The position numbers were made by a program, and so were the translations under genes. The notes beneath the pieces were generated by a model that saw only the letters and a list, made by a program, of their open reading frames with translations, was not told the origin of the DNA and did no database searches. Of a DNA stretch of 64,000 bases, positions 43,500 through 56,334 are shown in pieces. This stretch comes from Octopus sinensis (Eukaryota), in contig NC_043001.1 of NCBI RefSeq assembly GCF_006345805.1, positions 70,308,001 through 70,372,000 of the forward strand. The letters run 5' to 3'. Within the stretch, counting starts at the first letter, position 1. Every line of letters starts with the position of its first letter.

Positions 43500-43897
43500 T
43501 TTTACTTGTTTCAGTCATTTGACTGCGGCCATGCTGGAGCACCGCCTTTAGTCGAGCAACTCGACCCCGGGACTTATTCTTTTTTGTAAGCCCAGTACTT
43601 ATTCTATCGGTCTCTTTTTGCCGAACCGCTAAGTGGCGGGGACGTAAACACACCAGCATCGGTTGTCAAGCAATACTAGGGGGACAAACAGAGACACACA
43701 AACAAACACACATATATATATATATACATATATATGACAGGCTTCTTTCAGTTTCCGTCTACCAAATCCACTCACAAGGCTTTGGTCGGCCCGAGGCTAT
43801 AGCAGAAGACACTTGCCCAAGATGCCACGCAGTGGGACTGAAGCCGGAACCATGTGGTTGGTTAGCAAGCTACTTACCACACAGCCACTCCTGCGCC
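43500..43897 (-). mobile_element. Octopus OK/OR-type SINE, full length
   Basis: Near-identical to 8085-8477. Partial copies also occur at ~7690, 16965, 32335, 43365, 46285, 47190 and 53000. Confidence 0.9.
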
Positions 43898-44218
43898 TGG
43901 TAATTTTTCTATCGTTCTCATAAACATAAACACATCAATATTGGTCGTCAAGTGGTATTCTGGCAAAACAGTTTGGAAACACGGTACTTCGTGAAAGTGA
44001 CAATTCACGCCTGTATACGTATGTGTATGTGCGTGTGTATGTGTAATAGTGTATAACATTTATACACGGAGAGAAGCTCACCATGTGGGCTTCTTACATG
44101 AAAAGGGCAGTCAAACCCAAACCAGGAAAAGGTATAACATTAAACCTTCCTTCTTTCCTATATTTGTTCCACGTCCTCGCGTTGTTGTGGTTTTTTTGTG
44201 CTTTCATGTTTGGATTAG

Positions 44219-44258
<40 letters not shown>

Positions 44259-44828
44259 AATGAAGGCGAGGTAGAGAGACAAAGGCAAAACACACCTCAA
44301 TGGGTTGGCTAGTAGTCCTTTAGGAGTATTAAAATTGACTATGGGGGTGATATATAAATGGGACTATATTATTAAAATTCAAGGAGGTTGTCTATATTAA
44401 TCATTATTCATATGAGTGAAAGGTGTGTTTTTGCCAGTGTATGCATCTGTAGGATTTCTCGACCATTGTATTTATTAACGGGACTTTGGCGAACAAAATA
44501 TGGAAAAGTTCGGAATTTCAGACGCCACAAAATGTTCTGCCTTTATCAAACGGAAAGGATACAGACAATATGGACCATTCAAGCTTGAAAGTTGTATTAC
44601 TGTCCTTAAGACACCAAACTATTTTACTTAGTCCTTCCTATTCTTAGGTCTCTCTCCTCTAACCTTGTTTGAACCCTTGAACCTTCTAGGATCTTCTACA
44701 TTCAAGCATTTTTGACGTCACTGCTTATAACGGAATATTTTAAAGAAACACTCATTATCGCTATGGGCTCCGTACGGGCAGTCATCTAAAAATGTTTGTA
44801 CATCTTGATGCTGACATAAGTTCCTTAC

Positions 44829-44911
44829 TTTTCCTGATGAGAAGGCGGCATAATGCACCCCTTATTCCTTCGAAATTAGGAATATGCAGCCTTCGAAACA
44901 TATGTCGAAAA
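44829..44911 (+). ncRNA. Type-I hammerhead ribozyme with canonical core (Penelope pLTR)
   Basis: TTTTC (44829-33), CTGATGA (44834-40), GAAGGC (44841-46)..GCCTTC (44889-94), GAAAC (44895-99), ATAT, GTC (44904-06), GAAAA (44907-11). Predicted cleavage after 44906. Confidence 0.88.
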
Positions 44912-45116
44912 TAAAATAAAGGAATTTTATTAATTCGTCGTTCAACTCCATTCTTTCATTTATTTGTATTTAAGAAAACACCCAAATTTCTACACGATAG
45001 CACGTGATCTCTGCCCTAGGCATGTAGCTTCAACCGTGTTTTTCTAACGTGAATTTGCTACACAGGTATCGGTTAACCGAATTATCCATAATAAGATAAT
45101 TCATTCAACTACTCAA

Positions 45117-45186
<70 letters not shown>

Positions 45187-45220
45187 TGTGTGTGTTTGTG
45201 TGTGTGTGTATGTATATATA

Positions 45221-46271
45221 CAGGAGGCATAAGTTATTTGAGAATAGATTTATGTTTATATATCATGAAACATGTATAATTATAGATTTTAAAATTATTT
45301 ATGAAAAAAATGTTATGAGGATAAAAATAATCCTTCTTTTTCTATAATGTTATTAAAAAAAGCCACCTTCAGCTTCAATAACTGCGTCTAAATGAGATCT
45401 AAATTATCTACATGCTCGAATCAAATGATCCTTGTTCATTTTGGACATTACTCTGTCTATGGGAGCTTTCAGAAATCTTTGATGTAATGGGCGTTTTCAT
45501 TGAGTAGTCCAATGGATTGAGATCTGGGGAATTAGGAGGCCAAATGTTGGGTTATGTGATCATGAAAGCTTTCAGCCATTCATTACTGTCTTACTAGAGC
45601 CATGTGTTATACTGCAGAGTCTTACTGAAACGCATATCACCTTCCGTTGCATACACTGTCTATACGGGGCTTAACAATTATGCCCAGAACCTCAATATAG
45701 TCGGCAGATTTAACTCTAAGGCCTTGTGGAAAGACGTAAGGACGCATTGCATATTCTTCATTGCTGAAAACCTCTAAAGCCATGACAGTTGCAGGAAATT
45801 TTGTATGCATAACACTTGGAACTTCAGAAGGGTCTACACATAACCATCTGTTATTTATTCTGTTAAGTATATGATCTCGGTCGAAGTTTCTCTTGTATGA
45901 GAAAAGCCGAATCAAGTCTTGTTCTGCTGGATTTTTTAGTTTGTTTAAGAGCCTTTTAGATCTGAATTAATCATTTTCTTTTGCCTTTTCGGAGAAGTTG
46001 TCCTTTCCTCATCATATAAGACATATCTGATGTCTTCCTGGACCACATTTCTGACTGTTTCTTGTGTAGACAAAAGATCTCGTAACTTTTAAAAATCGGG
46101 ATATTTCTAAATCACTATGCTCCGCCTTTATAACCACAATAATATCTCTTCATTTCTTGAGTAAACTGAGGTTTACCATTATTATTTTCTGAAACAAAGA
46201 TTACACAGTGTTAGAAAAAAATGCAGCAATGATTTAAAAAATGTATGTCCTCAAATACCCCACGCTCACTG
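45221..46271 (-). mobile_element. maT (DD37D-type) Tc1/mariner remnant
   Basis: TA-flanked ends TA-CAG..TATTTG at both termini; HTKFPATVM..PQGLRV..YIEVL..VKP; WPPNSPDLNPLDY. Confidence 0.8.
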
Positions 46272-46871
46272 TATATATCTATCTATAGTTGTGTGCGTCT
46301 TTGTGTCTGAGTTTGTCCACCCACCACATCGTTTCACAATCCATGCAAATGTGTCCACGTAATTTGCAGTTCGGCTTTGGAGACGATAGAATATGTACTA
46401 GTCTTACAAAGAATAAGTCCTGGAGTTGATTTCTTCGATAAAAAAGTCGGTGCTTCAGCATGGCCGCAGTCAAATGACTGAAAGAAGTAAGAGACTGAAA
46501 CTAATAAAGAATGAGAAAATATATATATTGAGAGAGAGAGAGAGAGAGAGAGACAGAAAGAGTGAGAGAGAGACAGAAAGAGACAGACAAATAAATAGAC
46601 AAACAAAAAGACAGTCACCGGTTTATGGTGTTATCAGTTATCGTAAACCGGTGACTGCGGTACGCCGAAGACAGGCAAATACCTAGAAACTGCAGTCCGT
46701 GCGTGTCACTTAGGGTTACGAGTGAGGGATGACCTCCCTTTGCAAATACCATAAGGGCACAGAAAGTGTGCCTAAAGCCAGCTGGAGACGATGATCTCTG
46801 GGGCTAAAAGCTACAGTAACACCCACCCTTAGTGGTTAGCCATATTGAGATGGCTAGTATACTTTACGTTA

Positions 46872-46912
<41 letters not shown>

Positions 46913-46981
46913 TGTATGTACGTATACACATATTTGTTGTTTATACACCTATCTTCGTCATTTGTTTTTCTGTAAATTTCT

Positions 46982-47061
<80 letters not shown>

Positions 47062-48369
47062 CATACATATATATATATAAAAGATATACACACTCTCTCA
47101 CACATGCACACACACACGCACACACACACACATACACACACACACACACACAGATATATATATATGTATATATTCCTTTCTTATTTTATTCTTTTTTCAG
47201 TCACTTGACTGCGGCCGCGTTGGAGCACTTCCTCAAGGGATTCTCAGTCGAAAAATCGACCCAGGACGTATTCTTTGTCAACCAGATACTTATCTATCGG
47301 TGTCTTTTTCTTAACTGCTAAGTTGCAGGGAAGTTAACATACCAACATTGGTTCTCAATGAAAACACACACAAGCATACTCATCCATATATATGTACATA
47401 TGAAAAGGATGTGTTATAACACTATCCCACATATACAAAAACTCCTATACCAATAATCCAAAATACATCCATCATCAGGTGCCCCACGGATATCATTATG
47501 GTTTCGACACCTGAGCAGTACCATTCAATCCGGTGGTCACAACAGCACTAAAATAAGTATTATTTGGGAACAGACATACCAAAGAAACCACAACTTTCAT
47601 ACACATTTGCCTTATGTACAACCGTATCGGTAAATAAATTCAATAAGTAAATTACAACCAACTCCTAAATACGTAACTAATCAGCGACCAAACCATTAAT
47701 TCATGCAAAAATTATAATCCCTACCGTTTTCTATTGTATGATATAAAAGTGCACCACATTCATTCAATCAATCAATTTATAGGCAGGATTAAACACTAAC
47801 TTTGATCAAATTGCATAGAAATAATAATCCCACCAGTCTTCCATAGTTACTGCTATAATAAAAACAGAGTTAAAGCTTTATATAAATATCTCCAAAACAA
47901 AACACGATTGAATTTAATTTCACTAATAATATAATAATTGAAAGTGAAGTACATTATTTATATCATTCAAATGATAATGATATAACATTACATACTCATT
48001 AATATATCACCACTACAAGCTATAATATTAAATTACCAGTATCTAATAGAAACATTAAATTTTATTAAGTTGCAACTAATAAAAGTACTTGTAATTAACT
48101 TTTATTATAAAACCTTGCTATGTTTAAAACTGATTAAAACTGTTTATAAGATAAGACTACATGTTTTAACACTTACATGTTTTATCAGCCACGCAGTTCC
48201 ATCACCAATAATTTAAAAGGACTATTTTAACTATTGATGATGTAGTGCGTAATTACTTCTTCCTCAATTGTGTCAAACAATAGTGGTTACGTAGTAAGCC
48301 AAAAACTCGTAAACATTTCAAATCCTTATAAATGTTTGCTAAGTTGAAGACTAGATATTACCCCATATT

Positions 48370-50135
48370 TACTTGAAATTTCAAGTTTCCCACCTAAACA
48401 GCGATTAAAGTTTTAACCTCCTTACCATATTTATATCCCTGTTTTACTAAATGTCTTAACACTTTATTCTTTCCAAACATTTTTAGCATTATTAATAATA
48501 GTACTATATTTAACAATTTGCCCAATGAAAGAAGGAATTCAACTATAGCATTAAAGCCACTTGGAAACCATGTGTTTTATTATAAATGCCAGCAAATATT
48601 CCATTATTATCCTTAATTACTAGATTGTCATCTAAATAATTAATACTTCTTACATTGTTACCATTTCTGGGGACTATAATCTCACTAGGGTATATTTTCA
48701 TAAGTACAAATTCGAAGACACCATAATTAGGCATAAATATATCATCTATGTATCTGCAGCATCTGTCAAGTTGTTTAAACAAACTCATCTTTTTCCTCGC
48801 ACATAGGTCTTTAAGAAAAAGGAACTCGCATGAAGAAAGATTAAGATCCGCCAAAAGGGGGTTAGAAATGCCACTCATTGGAATTCCCCTAAGCTGCTCA
48901 AACACCCTACACGCAAACATTACAAACGAAGTATTAATAATAAAACTAACCATTTCTTTCATCTTTCTTTTACTTATATTATCATATCCCTTATAACAAC
49001 AATTAGATAAGAAATCTTTACCATTTTTTAAATATATACATTTATATCCTTTATTAAATATATTCTACACATTTAATTTTCAACTTTGTATATAGTGTCG
49101 AAAATTCATACACATACATACTCCTAACATTCTTACATTTCATCAGCCTATCCAGAAATTTCTTAGTTGATCTAACACTACAATAATATTTAATTCCTGA
49201 ACTGTTTTAAATTTTTTCACTATATTTTTTAAAATATGTTCTAACAACTTTTAGACCATCATTAATCAATACAGATAGCTGTTTATTTGTGCAATTACTA
49301 GCTCCTACTTTTAAAAGTAGTTTAAGAACCAAAAAAAGTTTAGGGATATTTTTATCCTTTTCTTCCACTTCTAAACCACTCAATATTTCTACTGTGGGTA
49401 TAAGTCTATTAACTAACTCATTAACGTTTTCTAGTATAACTTTGTATGTGTTATTATTTATCCACTCCTAACACTTTACCAACAAACATCATATAATATT
49501 TGTTACAAATTACTATAAAATTCCCTGTTCCTTTATCTGCTGGTACTATTACATAGCTTTTATGTAATTCATCTACATATTCTTTAACTAGTGGTTTATA
49601 CAGAACTGAATATTTCCCTATCCACTTATCGTATTTCTTTAAACATTTAACTATCATATAAGTTAATTTGCTAACCCAGCTATTGAACTCCTCCAGTTTA
49701 ACCGTTCATTTGAGACTTAAATTAACTATGAACTCCTTCATGGCTTTTAATATAACTTTCTTTAAATTATATCTGCTAATTGTACTTTGTTCTCTTTTTT
49801 GTCCCTTTACTCATAATCTCCCTTAGTTCCCTATTTTTAATAATATCCGAATTTCCTGTATAAACACGCTTCGTTTCTTTATAACAAAATTCCGAATTAT
49901 CAGTAAATTTCTTTCAAACCTTCAAGACTGATTTTAGATAGGAGCTTATTATAATTAGATAAATTATTACATATCTTCTTACCAAGCTTATAACAAATTT
50001 TGACATTTATATGTTCTAACATTTCCGGTAAATGGTTTTTTGATTTATCATTTCTAATTACATTACTTAAATTAACATCATCAATGAAATTACTAACATA
50101 TGGTATTTTTAACCTATTACAAAACATATCCACTG
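48370..50135 (-). mobile_element. Penelope-like RT remnant, Naiad-like
   Basis: LREIMSKGTKRE; LHKSYVIVPADKGTGNFIVICNKYY; GIPMSGISNPLLADL; RYIDDI; KIYPSEI; NYLD..IYNK. Motif spacing matches N-terminal-EN (Naiad) PLE RTs as I recall them. Confidence 0.75.
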
Positions 50136-50137
50136 AC

Positions 50138-50186
<49 letters not shown>

Positions 50187-50195
<9 letters not shown>

Positions 50196-50620
50196 TAACA
50201 AGAGGCTTCCAAATAGGAAAGCCTTGTGAAAGAAAGAGCAGTGGAAAGCTCAAACCACCAATTAAGGATAAATTCTCGAAAGGAAAGAAAATTAAAAACG
50301 TTTACCATCTCAATTATTTCCCAGACAATGGTTTCTAACTATTTCCAGCAAAAAATATTTGCTGAAGGTCAGTCTTCATCAGTGGGAAGCCTTTGGATTT
50401 CAAATATACACACAGCCAGATCCACATGTAAAACTAACTGCCTGTGTATCCTAACTTTTCATACCACTGCGCATGGTCTGGGAAATAATTGAGATGGTAA
50501 AAGTTTTTAATTTTCATTCCTTTCGAGAATTTATCCTTAATTGGTGGTTTGAGCTTAGCTTTCTACTGCTCTTTCTAGCACAAGGCTTTCCTATTTGGAA
50601 GCCTCTTGTTGTATTTCTAT
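50187..50620. repeat. Inverted pLTR pair (~140-bp arms, ~150-bp spacer)
   Basis: 50187-50326 is the reverse complement of ~50476-50620. Confidence 0.9.
50318..50388 (-). ncRNA. Type-I hammerhead ribozyme motif
   Basis: Minus: UUCCCA-CUGAUGA-AGACU..(CAGCAAA/UUUGCUG hairpin)..AGUUA-GAAAC-CAUU-GUC-UGGGAA. Stem I has 6 bp; the closing pair of stem II is mismatched. Confidence 0.75.
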
Positions 50621-51593
50621 GTGAATAATATATAGTCTAATGACTAATTATATACAAGCACTATGACCCGTCGTTGCTGGGTCTATTGCCAGTGCTTGTT
50701 GTTCATTGCCGGGACGTTTTATGGCATATCAAGCATATTTGGTCTTTCATGAAAATCCTGCTCTCTTGTGAGTTACTTGGTCTAACTCGTTAATTATTCC
50801 CTGCAATTCTCAAATCAAAAAAAGCGTGCACGTTTGAAAGCCAAAACACATGATAACGCGTCTTCGCAAAGTACAAAAATGCGCTGAGTCATACAGACTG
50901 TATGCAAAGCGCACGCGCATTCAACAGTCAACGGTAAAATTATCTACGTCCAATCAAAAAACACCTGGCAGTCTATTGGCTTATCTACCTGTACACACGC
51001 ACCGCGTACAGATTCCTGTTTTTGCGATTTTGAATGGATATGCCCATAACTTATGGGCATAAGGGGTCAGTAATCGAATTTTAAATGACTTTCTGTGGTG
51101 ACTGGGGAAATGAAAGGATCTTCAGGACCACCCTCAGACAGATTAGAAAGCCCATAGAAAATGCGAACCTTTTACGTGAAAAACTGTGGATTTTTATAAA
51201 GGACACACAGATATTTTGCCTCAATGAAATATAGAGATATTTCCTTGAGGCTGGCCAGATTGGAGCAATCTCGAGTATAACCAGCCGAAATTGCAAAAAT
51301 AATCTGGAACTCGACTGAGGAAAGAAAACTCCGAATGACCCGTCCTTGTTTTCTTTGTATCGTGTATCTGGATGTTTTGATGTCCTATTTTTATCACTTA
51401 ACTGTCAAGACAATATCCGTTCTTGTCTCATTTTGTATGTTTTTATACATATATATCTGCGTACATACACTTTTGTCTCTTATATGTAAGTATATATATA
51501 TAGTGTGTGTATGTATGTATGTATGTATGTATATATATGTGTGTGTGTGTGTATATATATATATAGATATATATATAAGTATATATATATTAT

Positions 51594-51665
<72 letters not shown>

Positions 51666-51834
51666 ATAAGGTATTTTATATGTAAAGGAAAACATTAGAT
51701 ACTTGTTTTAATTTATTTCCTCATTTGTTTTACACGCTAGCTACTCGATAAAATTTTATATAGATTTTATCTTTATATTTTATTTATATACATACATACA
51801 TATATGTGTGTGTCTGTGTGTGTAATCCTACCAT

Positions 51835-52580
51835 ATTTACAGCATGACCTTTTTTGATGCATTTCAGCTTCCGATGTGGTTTGTGCTGGTTCATTACGCT
51901 TGTACCATGATCGTTTTCGAATGATCTTATTGTAGACAATTCATATTTCATCACCAGTGAAGATTCGCTTCAAAAACAGGTCGATTTCATTGCGTTTGAG
52001 ATGCCTATCACAAATATTGGTTCGTTGTGCTAGGTGAATCTCTTTCGATGTATGTGGAACTCAAATATCGATCTTCTTAACGAGTCTCCGATATTTCAAG
52101 TGATTTTCATTTGTTGTGTGTGATACATTTACCCCCTCTGCAATCTCTCACACAGTTATATGACAATCAGATTCAATTATGGCTTTGATTCGGTCATCAC
52201 CAACTTCAGTAGGTCGACCTGCACGTTGGTTATCTTTGAGTTGGAAATCTTCAGAACGGAATTTTTAAAACCATTTCTGACATACGCGTTCTGTTATGCA
52301 ATCAATATCATAAATTTCACATATCTCTTTGTGAACTTCAGAAGCTTTCTTGCCTTTACGCAAATAAAAAAGATATGGCGAAAGTGTTCGTTTTTGCACA
52401 CCATTTTAAAATTGACACTGAACTATAAACAAAATTACACGCAATTTACTCGTAAAGTAAGCTAAAATTAACGGCTACCGAATGTCAAAAGGAAAAGAAA
52501 AATCACATTGGACAAAAGTCATTCAAAAAAATCTTAGCTCTATTTGCGAAAAAAGAAATTACTTTCTTACCAGCACTATA
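51835..52580 (-). mobile_element. mariner (Mos1-like) transposon, 5' half
   Basis: KNEHFRHI; VPHTSKEIHLAQRTNICDRHLKRNEIDLFLKRIFTGDE; KRSW..EPAQTTS..HQKKVML; TIR-like end near 52580. Confidence 0.85.
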
Positions 52581-52913
52581 TGTATGTCTATATGTATATA
52601 TGTGTGTATATATATATATATTAGCAATCTATCTTCCTTCATCTTCAGACACAAATATACATACATATACGAACATAGTTACATACATACATACATACAT
52701 ACATAGACACACACACACATATATATATATATCCTTATATATACATATATATACAGAGAGAGAGAGAGTAAGAAAGAGAGTAAGAGAGAGATATATATAG
52801 ACGACAAGACAAGTGCACATATAAACTCATGCTTACAAACACGCGTTTCGATGCTCACCCATATACTTGAGTATGTGTGTGTGTGTGTGTGTGTGTATGT
52901 CTGTGTGTGTATA

Positions 52914-52965
<52 letters not shown>

Positions 52966-53970
52966 TGTGACTGTGTGTACACGCACATACAGGTACAAAG
53001 ACTTTGGTAAACCCGAAGCTAGAGTTGAAGACATACTCTAGATGCCACGCGGTGGGACTGAACCTAGAACAGTGTGGCTGGCTGACAAGTTTCTCATCCT
53101 TTGTTATCATGATACCTCTATACTCAGTATGTTCTCTGACGTAATCATCTCGTGTAAGCAGAAATTATATTCCCCTTTTGCCCATAACGTCCATTTTTTT
53201 TCCTGATTTCTCCTAACTTTGATTTTAGTTCTTTCTTAGTTAGGTATTCTAACAGCATTTTCTTCTTGTATACACCTTGTATCCTTCTCCACACGTTCAC
53301 ATATATTCCTCCTCTTTTACCACAACCCCTATTTCTTTAGTTCATAACTTATATCTTCCTACGTCTTTGTATAGCTAGCTGCCATCCTTGATTGTTTTAA
53401 GGGCCTGACCAATAATGGCTCTCCCTTTGATCATGACCTTAATTTTACTTACTACCTTTCTCGGTTCCATCATTTTGACCTCCTTACTTCCCCCTATATC
53501 ATAGAGATTCTCGTCCTTCTCCCTGTCTTTTCTTGTTATTCTACTTTCTCTCTCCCCTCAACATTTAAATCTCTGTCACTACTATATGAATTACTTTTAC
53601 AAAATTTCTCTTCACGAAAGAAGCCGAACTTATGGCACTATCACTGTGTGATTACTTACTGAATGCATACCCAAATTTTTTTGCGTTCCATCTTCAAATT
53701 ATTAACATTATGATTAGTACGTAAAACTGAGCTTCCTCATATAGTTTTCGGGTTAAGAAATTATGTATTTTCTTGTTAATATTCTGTATTTTTTATGCTC
53801 TATGTGTGTGTGTATACATATATATATATTCAAAATGGAGCAAAATATTTCACGCAAAATTTATTTGCGAAGATATCATTAACTCTGTTATTATCTTTTG
53901 TAGTACTTTCAAAAATGATAATAGCAGAATCAATAATATAGGCGATTGCAGGCCCAAAACAAAACATTAA

Positions 53971-54662
53971 ATAGCTGAAGGATTAAAATTAATCAAAGGA
54001 CATACTAAGTATATCTACATGCTGGAAATAACGGTCAAAACTCTCATTTAAATCGCCAAAATACACTGATGATAACTACAGAAATCAACCGTCCGAAAGT
54101 AAACGGGCTAAGACATTCTACCGAATTACAATCGGGCTAATCTCTCAGCGTACATTCCAGTATTTGGTCTCGCGTGGACCGGTTTCTGCACTGGCAAAAA
54201 TAGCCTCAGCTTCGCCAGCCCATGTTACCGAGATAGAGACTCCCAAACCGTCGTGTTGAAGTCTGCTAATGATACCTTCGCAAATTAATTATTCGTGAAT
54301 TATATTTTCTCATGTATTATTTGCTTCGTATTCAAATTATTTTCATACTGATGGCTGCCATGAGTTCGGCGCAAAACGAAGCCATTCCAGCGCAACCTTC
54401 AACACGCCGGGTTGGGAGTTTCTGTCATGGTAACGCGTACTGAGGAAGCTGAGGCTACCTTTGCAAGTGCATAAACCTGTCCACATGAGTCTAAATACTT
54501 AAATGTACGTTGGGAGTTTGTCTTAGTCCATTTTCCTTCGGACGGTTGATTTCAGTATTTATCATCATTGTATTTGGCGATTTGAATAAGGGTTTTGAGT
54601 GTTACCTCCAACAAGCAGTCCTACCCAGTTTGTCATTTGATTAATTTTAATCCTTTATCTAT
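53971..54662. repeat. ~690-bp imperfect foldback (arms ~290 bp, spacer ~120 bp)
   Basis: Nested inverted matches: aggattaaaattaatcaaa / tttgattaattttaatcct; gaaatcaaccgtccgaa / ttcggacggttgatttc; tagcctcagcttc / gaagctgaggcta; gtgttgaag / cttcaacac. Confidence 0.85.
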
Positions 54663-54689
54663 ATATACATATACTCTTACTCTTTACTC

Positions 54690-55066
54690 TTTTACTTGTT
54701 TCAGTCATTTTGACTGTGGCCATGCTGGAGCACCGCCATTAGTCGAGCAAATCGACCCCGGGACTTATTCTTTGTAACCCAGTACTTATTCTATCGGTCC
54801 CTTTTGCCGAACCGCTAAATGACGGGGACGTAAATACACCAGAGGGACAAACACAGACACACAAACATATACACACACATACATATATGTATATACATAT
54901 ATACGACAGGCTTCTTTCAGTTTCCGTCTACCAAATCCACTCACAAGGCTTTGGTTGGCCCCAGGCTGTAGCAGAAGACACTTGCCCAAGATGCCACGCA
55001 GTGGGACTGAACCCGGAACCATGTGGTTGGTTAGCAAGCTACTTACCACACAGCCACTCCTGCGCC
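54690..55066 (-). mobile_element. Octopus OK/OR-type SINE, near full length
   Basis: Same family as 8085-8477. Confidence 0.9.
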
Positions 55067-55072
55067 TATGTC

Positions 55073-55120
<48 letters not shown>

Positions 55121-55201
55121 TAGACAGAGAGACAGATAGGCAGACACATATAGATAGATAGATAGATAGATAGGTAGATAGATAGATAGATAGATATATA
55201 T

Positions 55202-55232
<31 letters not shown>

Positions 55233-55256
55233 ACAGACAGACAGAGACAGATAGAC

Positions 55257-55303
<47 letters not shown>

Positions 55304-55323
55304 AGATAGATAATAGATAATAT

Positions 55324-56126
55324 ATGTTTCTTCATTAGCCACACAGGGCTGCACACAGATAGAACAAATTACAAGGTAGAGCTTTTCTTTTGAAGGTTTA
55401 AAAAAAGAGAAGGGGGGGTTTCGATCAAAAGGGATCGTAAAAGGAGAGAAAGAGGACAAAAAAGGGGAGTTAAAAAAAAAGGGGGAGAGGGGAAAAAAAT
55501 TGATCAATAGGGATCGTTATCACAGAAATGTCAATATGAAGTGTAAAGGGGAGGACAGGTGAGGTTTACCCGTGGAAAGAAAAGCCTACGGAAAAGACCA
55601 CGGTAACCTCGGTCAATGGAGTCACATGTTATATTTCTTTTTTTTTTTTTTTGCGAATAAGCAACTCTCTGTTTTCAATTTCTGGGTTCATAGGATCATG
55701 CTCAAGGTGGCTTCGTCATTCATACGTGCCATTCTTGCTACATTCACCCATCTTTTTTAAAACATTCGCTAGACAAAACTTGCTCTCTACTCTCACTTTC
55801 CTTTTCAAGTGGTACTTGAAGAAGTTGATGAGAGATTGACCAGAGAGGAAAGTGTTTGTCTCCAATCCTTTCAGACGCGTCCACCAGATACATTCTTTCG
55901 CCATAGCCACAAGGATGATGAAAATAGCTCATCCTTCCCGTTTGAAGGAAGGAGGCGTGACAATATTGACGATAGACTCAGGTGATAAACCGACTCGTCC
56001 CACACGTAACAGCAGTTGTTCGACATAAGCCCACAGGTCGGAAATTGTTGGACACTGCACGAGTGCGTGCAGAACGGTTTCGTCGCTCTGACCGCATCTT
56101 GGGCAGGTCGGCCCCGTGTTTCTCGA
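55324..56126 (-). mobile_element. Tx1-clade LINE, 5'-truncated second copy (Zn motif and 3' UTR)
   Basis: [20 protein letters not shown]..; homologous to but diverged from 56335-57190; (GATA)n on both sides (55130-55320 and 56127-56334). Confidence 0.92.
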
Positions 56127-56136
56127 GGTAGGTAGG

Positions 56137-56211
<75 letters not shown>

Positions 56212-56249
56212 GTAGGTAGGTAGCTAGGTAGGTAGATAGATAGATAGAC

Positions 56250-56334
<85 letters not shown>
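56127..56334. repeat. (GATA)n/(GGTA)n array between the two Tx1 copies
   Basis: Direct reading. Confidence 0.97.

Noticed and set aside
46612-46657. Perfect 14-bp hairpin cagtcaccggttta/taaaccggtgactg
   Set aside because: Too short for a pre-miRNA and probably part of a LINE 5' UTR or repeat remnant.
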